Shown here: positions 1 through 10,300 of the stretch, piece by piece
How positions within the stretch are numbered: the stretch's first letter is position 1
Layout: each line of letters opens with the position of its first letter
Assembly (NCBI RefSeq): GCF_964194155.1
Contig: NC_135910.1
Span: 10,912,001 to 10,958,468 of the forward strand
DNA from: Cetorhinus maximus
Lineage: Eukaryota
Length of the DNA stretch: 46,468 bases
Reading direction: 5' to 3'
Position numbers and translations under genes: made by a program
Notes under the pieces: generated by a model
Told to the model about the DNA's origin: nothing
The model's database searches: none
What the model saw: the letters and a program-made list of their open reading frames with translations, nothing else

Positions 1-549
1 AACTAGACATTCTGGCGTTGCAAGTTAATTTCTTAAGCTGCATTGGAATTTATAGTTGAAAAAGTTGATGGGATTTGCTTGCCGTTTTAAGATTTTAATA
101 TATCGCAGATTAAGGTGGTCTGTGATCTGAAGGGCTGGCTGAACAGGTGCTTTACACTGAAGGGAGAGGCAAGGAGAGGGAGCTTTCTACAGCAGTCGGC
201 ACGAGGTCATTGCCCTGTTTCTTCCCTTGACTCTGGTCAAGCTCTGTGCTCAGTGATGGGCTAGGTCTGTTTTTTCCGTCTCTCCCATTCCTCTTGATTA
301 ATGCATTAAGCTGTGATCGATGTTGGAAGTGGCCAGAGAAAGCAGTGACTGAAGTGTTGATGGGTTGGAGCAGATGGGATAGGGATGGGGAATGCTGCTC
401 TGTCACAATAGGGACACTACTTTCTCTGCACAGAGTGGAATCAGCTGCAAGAAATGTACAAGGAGAAGGGTATGCCTTCTCCATGGCAAGAGAGGAAAGG
501 AGATATCCCTACAAATCAGTGACTTAATGAATTGGGCGTCCTTGGGGCA

Positions 550-1056
550 ATGAACTGTACTCTCCTCCAGCACCTGCCATCTGCCCTAACTCTGTAACCT
601 CCTCCAGCGCCTGCCATCCTCCCCAACTCTGTACCCTCCTCCAGTACCTGCCATCTTCCCCAACTCTGTACCCTCCTGCAGTGCCTGCCATCTTCCCCAA
701 CTCTGTACCCTCCTCCAGCGCCTGCCATCCTCCCCAACTCTGTAACCTCTTCCAGCGCCTGCCATCTTCCCCAACTCTGTACCCTCCTCCAGCATCTGCC
801 ATCTTCCCCAACTCTGTAACCTCCTCCAGTGCCTGCCATCCTCCCCAACTCTGTACCCTCCCCCAGCGCCTGCCATCCTCTCCAACTCTGTACCCTCCCC
901 CAGCGCCTGCCATCCTCCCCAACTCTGTACCCTCCCCCAGCACCTGCCATCTTCCCCAACTCTGTACCCTCCTCCAGCACCTGCCATCTTCCCCAACTTT
1001 GTAACCTCCTCCAGTGCCTGCCATCCTTCCCTACTCTGTAACCTCCTCCAGCACCT
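550..1056. repeat. 37-bp minisatellite, about 13-14 copies (CCTGCCATCYTCCCCAACTCTGTAMCCTCCTCCAGCG)
   Basis: Period of 37 read directly (e.g. 721 to 758). It explains the repetitive ORFs at 516-1041. Confidence 0.95.
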
Positions 1057-1080
1057 GCTGTCCAGCCTATCTATGTTCAG

Positions 1081-1581
1081 TTTTTGCCCCGTTACCTAAG
1101 GAAGGATATACTTGTCATAGAGGAATTGCAATGGAGGTTCACCAGACTAATTCCTGGGATGGTGGGAATGGCTTGAGAGATTGAGGAGACTGGGTCTGTA
1201 TTCTCTAGAGTTCAGAAGAACGAAAGGTTACCTCATTGAAAGGTACAAAATGCTTAAGGGGTTAGACTGGGCAGACGCAGAAAGTATGTTTCTCTTGGGT
1301 GGAGGGGGGGTAAGTCTAGAGCCAGTGAGGGACAAGCCATATAGGACTGAGATGAGGAGGGATTTCTTCACTAAGTGGGTGGTGAATCTTTGGAATTCTC
1401 TACCCCAGGAGGCTGTGGAAGCTCAATCATTGTGCATGTCCAAGACAGAAATCAATAGATTTCTAGATACTAATGACATTAAGGGATATGGGAATAGCGT
1501 AGGAAAATGGCATTGAGCTAGACGTGGTCTTACTGAATAGCAGAGCAGGCTCAAGGGGCTGAATGGCCTACTCGTGCTCCT
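1081..1581 (+). mobile_element. CR1-type LINE 3' fragment
   Basis: ORF 1181-1516 (LGLYSLEFRR...VVNLWNSLP) is a CR1 ORF2 C-terminus, followed by the GGGGCTGAATGGCCTACTC-type 3' tail. Confidence 0.9.
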
Positions 1582-2475
1582 CTGTAACATTGTACTGCGC
1601 TGTAAGAGGTCAGTTAGTTAAAGTCCAGCAGTATCCTAGCATAAAATTGGCAGACCCTAACTGTTTCCTCTTCCAGCCTATGCCCCGAGCTCCCTCGACT
1701 TGGGGACATCAGGGTTGGTCCCTACAGAAAGCCGACAGCTAACAAATTCTTACTCCTTTCTCTTGACTCCTCTCTTCAATGGTGTTTAAACAGTTGGAGC
1801 AAAAGCCCTAGTTCCTGCTAACAGCTCACAAGTGCCATCCTGTGACAGAGTGGGAGTACTACAGTGAACAGATATCATTTCAGCCTCCCAGAATAGTTGC
1901 AATACTATCACAGCGATCTCCAATTGCAGGGGAGAGACCACCATTGCCGTTTGCAACAGTAGTCTGCAATAAAATATCTCTGGACCAAGAGGCTTTATTT
2001 GGCACATCTGCTGTAATTTATTGAAGTGCAGAGTTTACTTTTGAGAGGGGTCAACAATGAGGATGGACACACCTAGCGGGGAAGCTGACTGTTTCTTACA
2101 GTGCTCATTCAGCACCCAGTGTTGGTCAAGCTGTAGGTAGAGCACAACAGCACAGAAAATGCTGCTGAGACCTTGGAGCAATACCCTCCAGGTGGTTCCC
2201 ACTGGGATTATGGTCCGATACTCCCAGGGAATTCTTGCTTGGCGTAAGAGGAAAATGTGAGACAGAGCGTACCTCCCACTTCCTCTCCAGGAAATCTCGG
2301 CGCCATGGGGCACCAGACACAATAGTCACTGCATTCCCTGCAATCTGAAGCGTTTTGAGATGTTTGGGACACCGGACGAGGTGCTCCATAAATACCTCTT
2401 GCCTGTCAGGCACTGAAAGTGTAAACGAGAGAAATATTAAATAAGGACATGAGCAGCCCAGCGGTTCTAATCCTA

Positions 2476-2481
2476 TTTATT
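2476..2481 (-). promoter_or_regulatory. Candidate MIA polyadenylation signal AATAAA
   Basis: TTTATT on plus, about 130 nt past the MIA stop codon. Confidence 0.55.
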
Positions 2482-2613
2482 TAAACAATTGTTACCAGTC
2501 ACTGGCAACACAGCTTACAGCGTATTCTAGTCATAACTCAATACAATGATTCCATGGCGTTAGCTGGTCTTCTGCTGTTCGGAGCACGAGTCCACTCTTA
2601 TCCTCTTCTTTCA

Positions 2614-2634
2614 CTAACAGTAGAAATCCCAGTC
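2614..2634 (-). CDS. MIA: MIA last coding exon (DWDFYC*)
   Basis: tgtttgtag|GACTGGGATTTCTACTGTTAG on minus. Confidence 0.9.
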   Translation of the reverse strand, partial: DWDFYC

Positions 2635-5600
2635 CTACAAACACAGGAGTTCATTGTCAGTCTGTAATAAACTCGTCTTTTTGACCACTACATTTCCCAC
2701 ATCACCCCCTCCCCCACCAGTCCCAAACCCCCAATGAAGACAGTGATTCCCACTGGGGAACGCCTTGCATAGGTATCAGTTACCCTCTTGCTCTCTCACC
2801 CAAGTGATCGTGCTTCATGTCTGATCCCAGACTTGGCATGACATCAGCCTATTGAAATGTAGGCTTCGTCACTCAAACTCATCATACAATAGGGGTTTCA
2901 CTGGACAGTGATCAAGATCAGGAACCCTGGCTGATCTGATCTCTCTCTCCAGCCTTCATTTTCTCCCTGTCCAAAGACTGAAGCCGGTTGTTTGCCACTT
3001 ATTACTGCCCTAACCGGGATCAGCTTGGACTGGAGGCAAGTCTGGTGTCTTCCTTCTCCCTATAGCCTGGTCCCACAGTGGGTGCAGCGTTAGTGAAGCA
3101 AGAACAGACCATGCTGGAAGCCTACAGCAGGAGGAAGGCCATTAAGACTGTAACACTAACTTGCCCATTCTGTGCTGGCACCGAATGACTTGCTGAGTGT
3201 TTGCAGCATTTTCCATTCTTGTTTCAGGTTCCCAGCATCAGCAGTTTTCCTGCTTATTCGTGGCAGGAGGGAGAGCTAAGAGAGGGACCAGGTTTCTACT
3301 GTGTAAACAGTATTGCACAATCTTCTGAGAGCTCCACGGTGACACCCATTGCCCCAATGTGCCATTTAGTGCCCCAGTATGCCAGCAGACATGAATAAGC
3401 AATAAAGATAAAAGAAATAAGCGTAATGAAGTTAAATGCTCTTACTACTGTTGGCATTTCCACAAGCTCAGTCCCCAGATATTGGATCTCTTTCACAATC
3501 GACTTTGGGAAAAATCCAAGAGTTGTTGACTGCTCCCCGAAATAATCACCTTGAACCTAAATACAGACACTGGTTAGTCTCACAGGCACTGGTCAGTCTC
3601 ACAGGCACAGTCTCACAGGCACTGGTCAGTCTCACAGGCACTGGTCAGTCTCACAGGCACTGGTCAGTCTCACAGGCACTGGTCAGTCTCACAGGCACTG
3701 GTCAGTCTCACAGGCACTGGTCAGTCTCACAGACACTGGTCAGTCTCACAGACACTGGTCAGTCTCACACAAGCACAAGTCAATCTCACACACACTAGTC
3801 TGACTCATAGACTGGTCAGTCTCATATATACTGGTCAGTCTCACAGACACAGTCTCACTGACAGTCTCACAGACATTGGTCAGTCTCACAGGCACAGGTC
3901 AGTCACAAACATCAGTCTCACACAAGCACTGCTCAGCCTCAGAGACACTCATCAGTCACAGACAATCATCAATCATCAATCAGAGACATTGTCAGTATCA
4001 CCCTGGTCAATCTCAAGGAAACCAGTCAGTTTCACACAGGCGCTGGTCAGTAACGTAGACACTGTCTCACAGAGACGTTGGTCAGTCTCACACAGATACT
4101 GGTCAGTTACATAGACATTGGTCTGATACAGACGCTGGTCAGTGTCACAAACTGGTCTGTCTCACAGTAACAGATAGGGAGGCGATAGCATAGTTGTATT
4201 GTTGCTGGACTAGTAATCCAGAGACCCACGGTAATGGTCCGAGGACCCGGGTTCGAATCCCACCATGGCAATCCAATAAAAATCTGGAATTAAAAGTCTA
4301 TTGATGACCATGGAACCCATCTGGTTCACTAAAGGAAATCTGTCATCCTCACCAATGTGGTTGACTCTGAAACGACTCAGCTGTATCAAACCACTACAAC
4401 GTTGCAAAACCTTTCATTCTTCTGAACTCTAGAGAACACAGGCCCAGTCTCCTCACTCACCACCCTGACTTGGAAATACATCACTGTTCCTTCACTGTTG
4501 CTGGGTCAAAATCCTGGAACTCCCTGTCTAACAGCACTGTGGGTGGGTGTACATGGACTGCAGTGACCACCTTCTCAAAAGCAGGGATGGGCAATAAATG
4601 CTGGCCTAGCCAGCGATGCCCCACATCCTGTGAAAGAATTAAAAACGAATGTGGTTCTAAGTCAGGATGGTGAGTGGCGGCTTGGAGAGGAACTTCCAAG
4701 TGCTGGTGTTCCCATGTGTCTGTTGCCCTTGTCCTTCTAGGTGGTAGAGGTTGTGGGTGAAGGAGCCTTGGTTGCTGCAGTGCATCTTGCAGATGGTACA
4801 TACACTGCTCCCACTGTGTGTCAGTGGCGGAGGAGTGAATGTTTAAGATGGTGGATGGGGTGCCAATCAAGTGGGCTGCTTTGTCCTGGATGGTGTTGTG
4901 GGAGCTGCACTCATCCAGGCAAGTGAGGAGTATTCCATCACACTCCTGACTTGTGCCTTGTAGATGGTGGGCAGGCTTTGGGGAGTCAGGAGGTGAGTTA
5001 CTCTCTGCAGATTTCCCAGCCTCTGACCTGCTCTTGTAGCCGCAGTATTTATATGGCTAGTCCAGTTCAGTTTCTGGTCAATGGTAACTCTCAGGATGTT
5101 GATAATGGGGGATTCAGCAATGGTAATGCCATTGAACGTCAAGGGAAGATGGTTAGATTCTGTCTTGTTGGAAATGGTCATTGTCTAGCACTGGTGTGGT
5201 ACGAATGTTACTTGCCTCTTATCAGCCCAAGACTCAATGTTGTTCCGGTTTTGCTGCATTTGGACATGGACTGCTTTAGAATCTGAGTCGTCGCGAATTG
5301 TGCTGAGCATTGTGCAATCATCAGTGAACATCCCCACTTCTGACCTTATGATGGAAGGAAGGTCATTGATGAAGCAACTGAAGATGGTTGGGCTGAGGAT
5401 ACTACCCTGAGGAACATCTACAGTGATGTCCTGGGACTAAGATGATTGACCTCCAACAACCACAACCATCTTCCTTTGTGCTAGGAATGACTCCAACCAG
5501 GGGAGAGTTTTCCCCCTGATTCCCATTGACTCCAGTTTTGCTGGGGCTCCTTGATGCCCCACTCGGTCAAATACTGCCTTGATGTCAAGGGCAGTCACTC

Positions 5601-7909
5601 TCACCTCACCTCAGGAGTTCAGCTCTTTTATCCAGTCTCACAGACACTGGTCGGTCTCACGCAGACACTGGTCGGTCTCACGCAGACACTGGTCGGTCTC
5701 ACGCAGACACTGGTCGGTCTCACGCAGACACTGGTCGGTCTCACGCAGACACTGGTCGGTCTCACGCAGACACTGGTCGGTCTCACGCAGACACTGGTCG
5801 GTCTCACGCAGACACTGGTCGGTCTCACGCAGACACTGGTCGGTCTCACGCAGACACTGGTCGGTCTCACGCAGACACTGGTCGGTCTCACGCAGACACT
5901 GGTCGGTCTCACGCAGACACTGGTCGGTCTCACGCAGACACTGGTCGGTCTCACGCAGACACTGGTCGGTCTCACGCAGACACTGGTCGGTCTCACGCAG
6001 ACACTGGTCGGTCTCACGCAGACACTGGTCGGTCTCACGCAGACACTGGTCGGTCTCACGCAGACACTGGTCGGTCTCACGCAGACACTGGTCGGTCTCT
6101 CAGACGCAGAGTCAATCTTACACAGACACGGTTTAATCTCACAGGCAATGGTCAGCCTCACACCAAAACCAGACAGACGCCCAGTCCAAACACTGGCAGT
6201 GGACCCCCCCCAGCGTTGTGCCGCGGTGAGTGCCAGGACCAGGGCTGAGCGAGGAGCCAGTGATCAGTCTCAGCAGCGAAGACCTAGAACAAACTTTAGT
6301 GGAGACTCTGGTCTCAGACTCACAGTCCCTTGCCAGAAGTTGCGTCCTTTTCCTTTGAGTTTTCCGTAAATATAGACGATCTGCCCCTGGCGAATGTTGA
6401 TAAACCTGCAGTCGGGACCCGTGTAATCGGTCAGCGCTCGAGCCATTGAAATGGGATCTACAAGGGAACAGAGGGTACAGTGTCCAGACTGGGGCACCTT
6501 GAGTTCACAATAACCCGGGCATCACTTATCCACGCTATTGGAGGGGGATGAAACCCCACAACCGTCCATGCTCCTGTTCCCTATCCAAGGCACGCACTTG
6601 GATGCTGGGGGGAGGGGGAGGGAACATATCTTTAAAGAGAACAAGTCTACCAACATCCCCCTGTCTGGAAAAACTCAGCAGGTCTGGCAGCATCGGCGGA
6701 GAAGAAAAGAGTCGACATTTCGAGTCCTTATGACCCTTCAACAGAACTGAGTGATATTAGGAGAGGGGTGAAATAGGTGAAATATTTCACCCCTCTCCTA
6801 ACTATACTTCAGTTCTGTTGAAGGGTCATGAGGACTCGAAGCGTCGACTCTTTTCTTCTCCGCCGATGCTGCCAGACCTGCTGAGTTTTTCCAGGTAATT
6901 CTATTTTTGTTTTGAAATTCCAGCATCGGCAGTAGTTTTTTTTGTTTTTATCCCCTTGTCTGGGCCCACACACACACATCAAGAAAGCTTAGGGCAGGCA
7001 TCAAGCTAGCAGAGAAATAAGGAGCCAGTGATGGACAGACACCGTCTAGCAAAGCCCCTGAACAGACTGGGAGACTGGGGGGGGGGGGGGGGGAATACCC
7101 AGCAAGGATTTTCACAGCGAAATATCAGCTTCTGTTTCTGTTCATTACCCCCCACCCACCCACTGCGGTTCATACTTAAATAAGGTGGGACTTTATTTAA
7201 CACTCTTCAAAATTATGAAGGGTTTTGACAGAATAAATCAGGAGAAACTGTTCCTGTTGGGAGGAGGGGGGGTTGGTAAGGAGAGAATTGGCAATGAAAT
7301 AAAAGATGGGTAACTCTTTCGAGTTATCAACAGATCGCACGTAACTCTTTCGAGTACATTCACAGTTCTTGGTTTCCGGGAAACGCTTTCGAGTTTTCAA
7401 CAGTTACAGATTGCAACTCTTTCGAGTACAATCACAGTTCTTGGTTTCTGGGAGTGGGACATGAACCCACAACCCTCTGATTCAAAGGCGAGGGTGCTAT
7501 GAACTGAGCCACAGCTGACGTTGGTGGGGGGGCGGGGGGGGAAGAGGCGAGGTTTGGATAAGGACTTCTATTTACCCAGCAAGATCTGACTGTCTTAAAG
7601 AGTGGGGGATTCACTAGTAATCATCAAAAGGGAACTTCTTCAAAACTCTTCGGGTTTAAACCAAGACACACCCAGGGGAGGGTGAGCACTCGAGGCGATT
7701 ATTGCAGCTGCATTGACTTTGTCTCTGTCTCTCTCTCCCCCTCTGAGGTTTGTTTACTCACGGCTGCATTCTTCGTCCGCACACAGCTTCCTCTCGGCCA
7801 GTCTGTGCCTCACTTCGCCCCGAGCGGACCAGGCGCCACCGGCGCTGAGAACAATCAGGCAGAAGGTCCAGGTCCAGGTCCAGACTGCCCGGGACACCTC
7901 CCGCTGCAT
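2614..7909 (-). CDS. MIA: Melanoma inhibitory activity / CD-RAP, secreted SH3-like protein, 137 aa; complement(join(2614..2634,3446..3556,6324..6457,7762..7909))
   Basis: Spliced product: signal peptide, then KLCADEECSHPISMARALTDYTGPDCRFINIRQGQIVYIYGKLKGKGRNFWQGTVQGDYFGEQSTTLGFFPKSIVKEIQYLGTELVEMPTVDWDFYC*. All introns are GT-AG, phases agree, total 414 nt. Four MIA cysteines present. Position next to SNRPA matches human. Confidence 0.93.
3446..3556 (-). CDS. MIA: MIA coding exon 3
   Basis: tatttag|GTTCAAGGT...ACAGTA|gtaaga; 111 nt, VQGDYFGE...EMPTV. Confidence 0.92.
3565..4167. repeat. 19-bp minisatellite (CACTGGTCAGTCTCACAGG), decaying rightwards
   Basis: Period of 19 at 3621/3640/3659; degenerate copies continue to about 4165. 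Confidence 0.9.
4177..4410 (+). mobile_element. tRNA-derived SINE
   Basis: tRNA-like head with B-box GGTTCGAATCC near 4251; similar to the SINE at 23476. Confidence 0.75.
4455..5630 (-). mobile_element. CR1/L2-clade LINE 3' region (minus 4655-5630; its 3' tail lies on plus at 4455-4650)
   Basis: ORF 4867-5181 (LRVTIDQKLNWTSHI...IYKAQVRSVMEYS) is an RT C-terminal region. Matches the copy at 27670-28300. Confidence 0.85.
5633..6105. repeat. Perfect 21-bp minisatellite (CAGACACTGGTCGGTCTCACG), about 22 copies
   Basis: Identical units read directly; source of the QTLVGLT / RRHWSVS ORFs. Confidence 0.97.
6324..6457 (-). CDS. MIA: MIA coding exon 2
   Basis: cttgtag|ATCCC...GGGACT|gtgagt; 134 nt. 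Confidence 0.93.
6669..6949. mobile_element. Fold-back Penelope-derived insertion (inverted terminal segments, two hammerhead-like motifs)
   Basis: About 6666-6775 is nearly the reverse complement of about 6784-6895. Flanked by ATCCCC(C/T)TGTCTGG at 6655-6668 and 6950-6963. Confidence 0.8.
7440..7517 (-). mobile_element. tRNA-derived SINE head fragment
   Basis: On minus, AGCTGTGGCTCAG...GGGTTCATGTCCCACTCC, similar to the head at 39745. Confidence 0.6.
7762..7909 (-). CDS. MIA: MIA coding exon 1 (signal peptide plus KLCADEECS)
   Basis: ATG at 7909 (in-frame upstream ATGs at 7921 and 7990 are possible); donor AGCC|gtgagt. Confidence 0.85.
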
Positions 7910-8355
7910 CTTGCCTCCCATCCAGCGCCAGAAGTCCACAACCCCTCGGAGTCCGGGGCGAGAGTGGAGGCAGGCTGGGTGAAAATGCACAGTCTGTGCA
8001 CCCCACCACCAGGAGCTGGTTTTTCTTTAATGAGCCAACAAATCTGTGGAATGTTCTTCCTGTCAGGAACTGGCTCCAATCAAAACAAAATAAATAAATC
8101 GCAACAACTGCCTTTTTTTTTTAAACAAAAAGCTAACTCTAAAGCACCCTCTGGGCACGGAATAAACATTTTTTCCCTAATTCTGATGTTTGAGTTGGAT
8201 TGAGTTTCTGATTGGAATGGTTTCGTTTTAACAAGTGCTCTCTCTCTTCTCGACAGCGTATTAGAATGAACCAGACTGATAATACCCCTCACACCCGACA
8301 GTCCCTTTCATACCTTGTGCTGGGGATGGTACACAATGTGTCGGTGTTATGCAAT

Positions 8356-9595
8356 CCCAGGACAGGTACAGCACGGGGTTAGATACAGAGTAAAGCTCCC
8401 TCTACACTGTCCCCATCAAACACTCCCAGGACAGGTACAGCACGGGGTTAGATACAGAGTAAAGCTCCCTCTACACTGTCCCCATCAAACACTCCCAGGG
8501 CAGGTACAGCACGGGGTTAGATACAGAGTAAAGCTCCCTCTACACTGTCCCCATCAAACACTCCCAGGACAGGTACAGCATGGGGTTAGATACAGAGTAA
8601 AGCTCCCTCTACACTGTCCCCATCAAACACTCCCAGGACAGGTACAGCACAGGGTTAGATACAGAGTAAAGCTCCCTCTACACTGTCCCCATCAAACACT
8701 CCCAGGGCAGGTACAGCACGAGGTTAGATACAGAGTAAAGCTCCCTCTACACTGTCCCCATCAAACACTCCCAGGGCAGGTACAGCACGGGGTTAGATAC
8801 AGAGTAAAGCTCCCTCTACACTGTCCCCATCAAACACTCCCAGGACAGGTACAGCATGGGGTTAGATACAGAGTAAAGCTCCCTCTACACTGTCCCCATC
8901 AAACACTCCCAGGACAGGTACAGCACAGGGTTAGATACAGAGTAAAGCTCCCTCTACACCGTCCCCATCAAACACTCCCAGGGCAGGTACAGCACGAGGT
9001 TAGATACAGAGTAAAGCTCCCTCTACACTGTCCCCATCAAACACTCCCAGGGCAGGTACAGCACAGGGTTAGATACAGAGTAAAGCTCCCTCTACACTGT
9101 CCCCATCAAACACTCCCAGGACAGGTACAGCACGGGGTTAGATACAGAGTAAAGCTCCCTCTACACTGTCCCCATCAAACACTCCCAGGACAGGTACAGC
9201 ACGGGGTTAGATACAGAGTAAAGCTCCCTCTACACTGTCCCCATCAAACACTCCCAGGACAGGTACAGCACGGGGTTATATACAGAGTAAAGCTCCCTCT
9301 ACACTGTCCCCATCAAACACTCCCAGGGCAGGTACAGCACGGGGTTAGATACAGAGTAAAGCTCCCTCTACACTGTCCCCAAACACTCCCAGGGCAGGTA
9401 CAGCACGGGGTTAGATACAGAGTAAAGCTCCCTCTACACTGTCCCCAAATACTCCCAGGGCAGGTACAGCACGGGGTTAGATACAGAGTAAAGCTCCCTC
9501 TACACTGTCCCCAAATACTCCCAGGGCAGGTACAGCACGGGGTTAGATACAGAGTAAAGCTCCCTCTACACTGTCCCCAAATACTCCCTGGGCAG
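8356..9595. repeat. 69-bp tandem repeat, about 18 copies (last four are 66 bp)
   Basis: Unit CCCAGGACAGGTACAGCACGGGGTTAGATACAGAGTAAAGCTCCCTCTACACTGTCCCCATCAAACACT; explains the 431-aa ORF. Confidence 0.97.
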
Positions 9596-9892
9596 GAGCA
9601 GCCAGGTTAGCTACAAAGTACAGCTCTCCTTCCCTATTACACCAATGTAATACACTGTTGCCAGACTAGCAGTCCCATGGCTGCTTTAAGTGCCAATTTC
9701 CAGCTGTTGGCTGGAGCTGCAGACCTGCCCACTCAGCAGGTTAAGTCCCATAAATCAGACAACCAGGCAAAGCTGTTTATGAACCCCGCTCTCAGATCCC
9801 CACATCCATCAGCACCAACTGGCAGCATTAACTCTGTAGAACCAAGCGCCAGAAATAAAGAGCAGTGAGGGAGGAGGCACTAAATGCAGGAA

Positions 9893-10300
9893 GTTTGAGG
9901 ACTCTGGGTCTATACTCGATGGAGTTTAGAAGGATGAGGGGGGATCTGATTGAAACTTACAGAATACTGAAAGGCCTGGATAGAGCGGACGTGGGGAAGA
10001 CTAGGACCCGAGGGCACAACCTCAGAGTAAAGGGAAGACCTTTTAGAACAGAGATGAGGAGAAACTTCTTTAGCCAGAGAGTGGTGAATCTATGGAATTC
10101 ATTGCCACAGAAGGCTGTGGAGGCCAGGTCATTGAGTATATTTAAGACGGAGGTAGATAGGTTCTTGATTGGTAAGGGGATCAAAGGTTACGGGGAGAAG
10201 GCGGGAGAATGGGGTTGAGAAACTGATCAGCAATGATTGAATGGCGGAGCAGACTCGATGGGCCGAATGGCCTAATTTCTGCTCCTACATCTTATGGTCT
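9893..10300 (+). mobile_element. CR1-type LINE 3' fragment
   Basis: ORF 9865-10218 (LGLYSMEFRRMRGDLIETY...VVNLWNSLP) and CGATGGGCCGAATGGCCT tail. Confidence 0.92.

Noticed and set aside
1-2400. RAB4B exons expected downstream of MIA
   Set aside because: No Rab GTPase motifs or CpG island were seen; the gene, if syntenic, lies outside the window.
4177-4270. tRNA genes at B-box motifs (also 23476, 25030, 33340, 39745)
   Set aside because: No clean cloverleaf; each continues into a SINE body.
5551-6369. Long ORFs on both strands and a CRISPR-like look
   Set aside because: Head-to-tail 21-bp units with no spacers, inside a MIA intron of a vertebrate.
2614-7909. OTOR, MIA2 or MIA3 instead of MIA
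   Set aside because: The protein ends at WDFYC*, has MIA-like ECSHPISMA and KLKGKGR motifs, and neighbours SNRPA.
8000-8345. SOX9 sites in the MIA promoter (e.g. ACAATG near 8333)
   Set aside because: Short motifs expected by chance; cannot be supported without conservation data.
8315-9610. 431-aa repeat-protein ORF
   Set aside because: Open only because the 69/66-bp units are multiples of 3 without stops in that frame; no ATG start or splice context.
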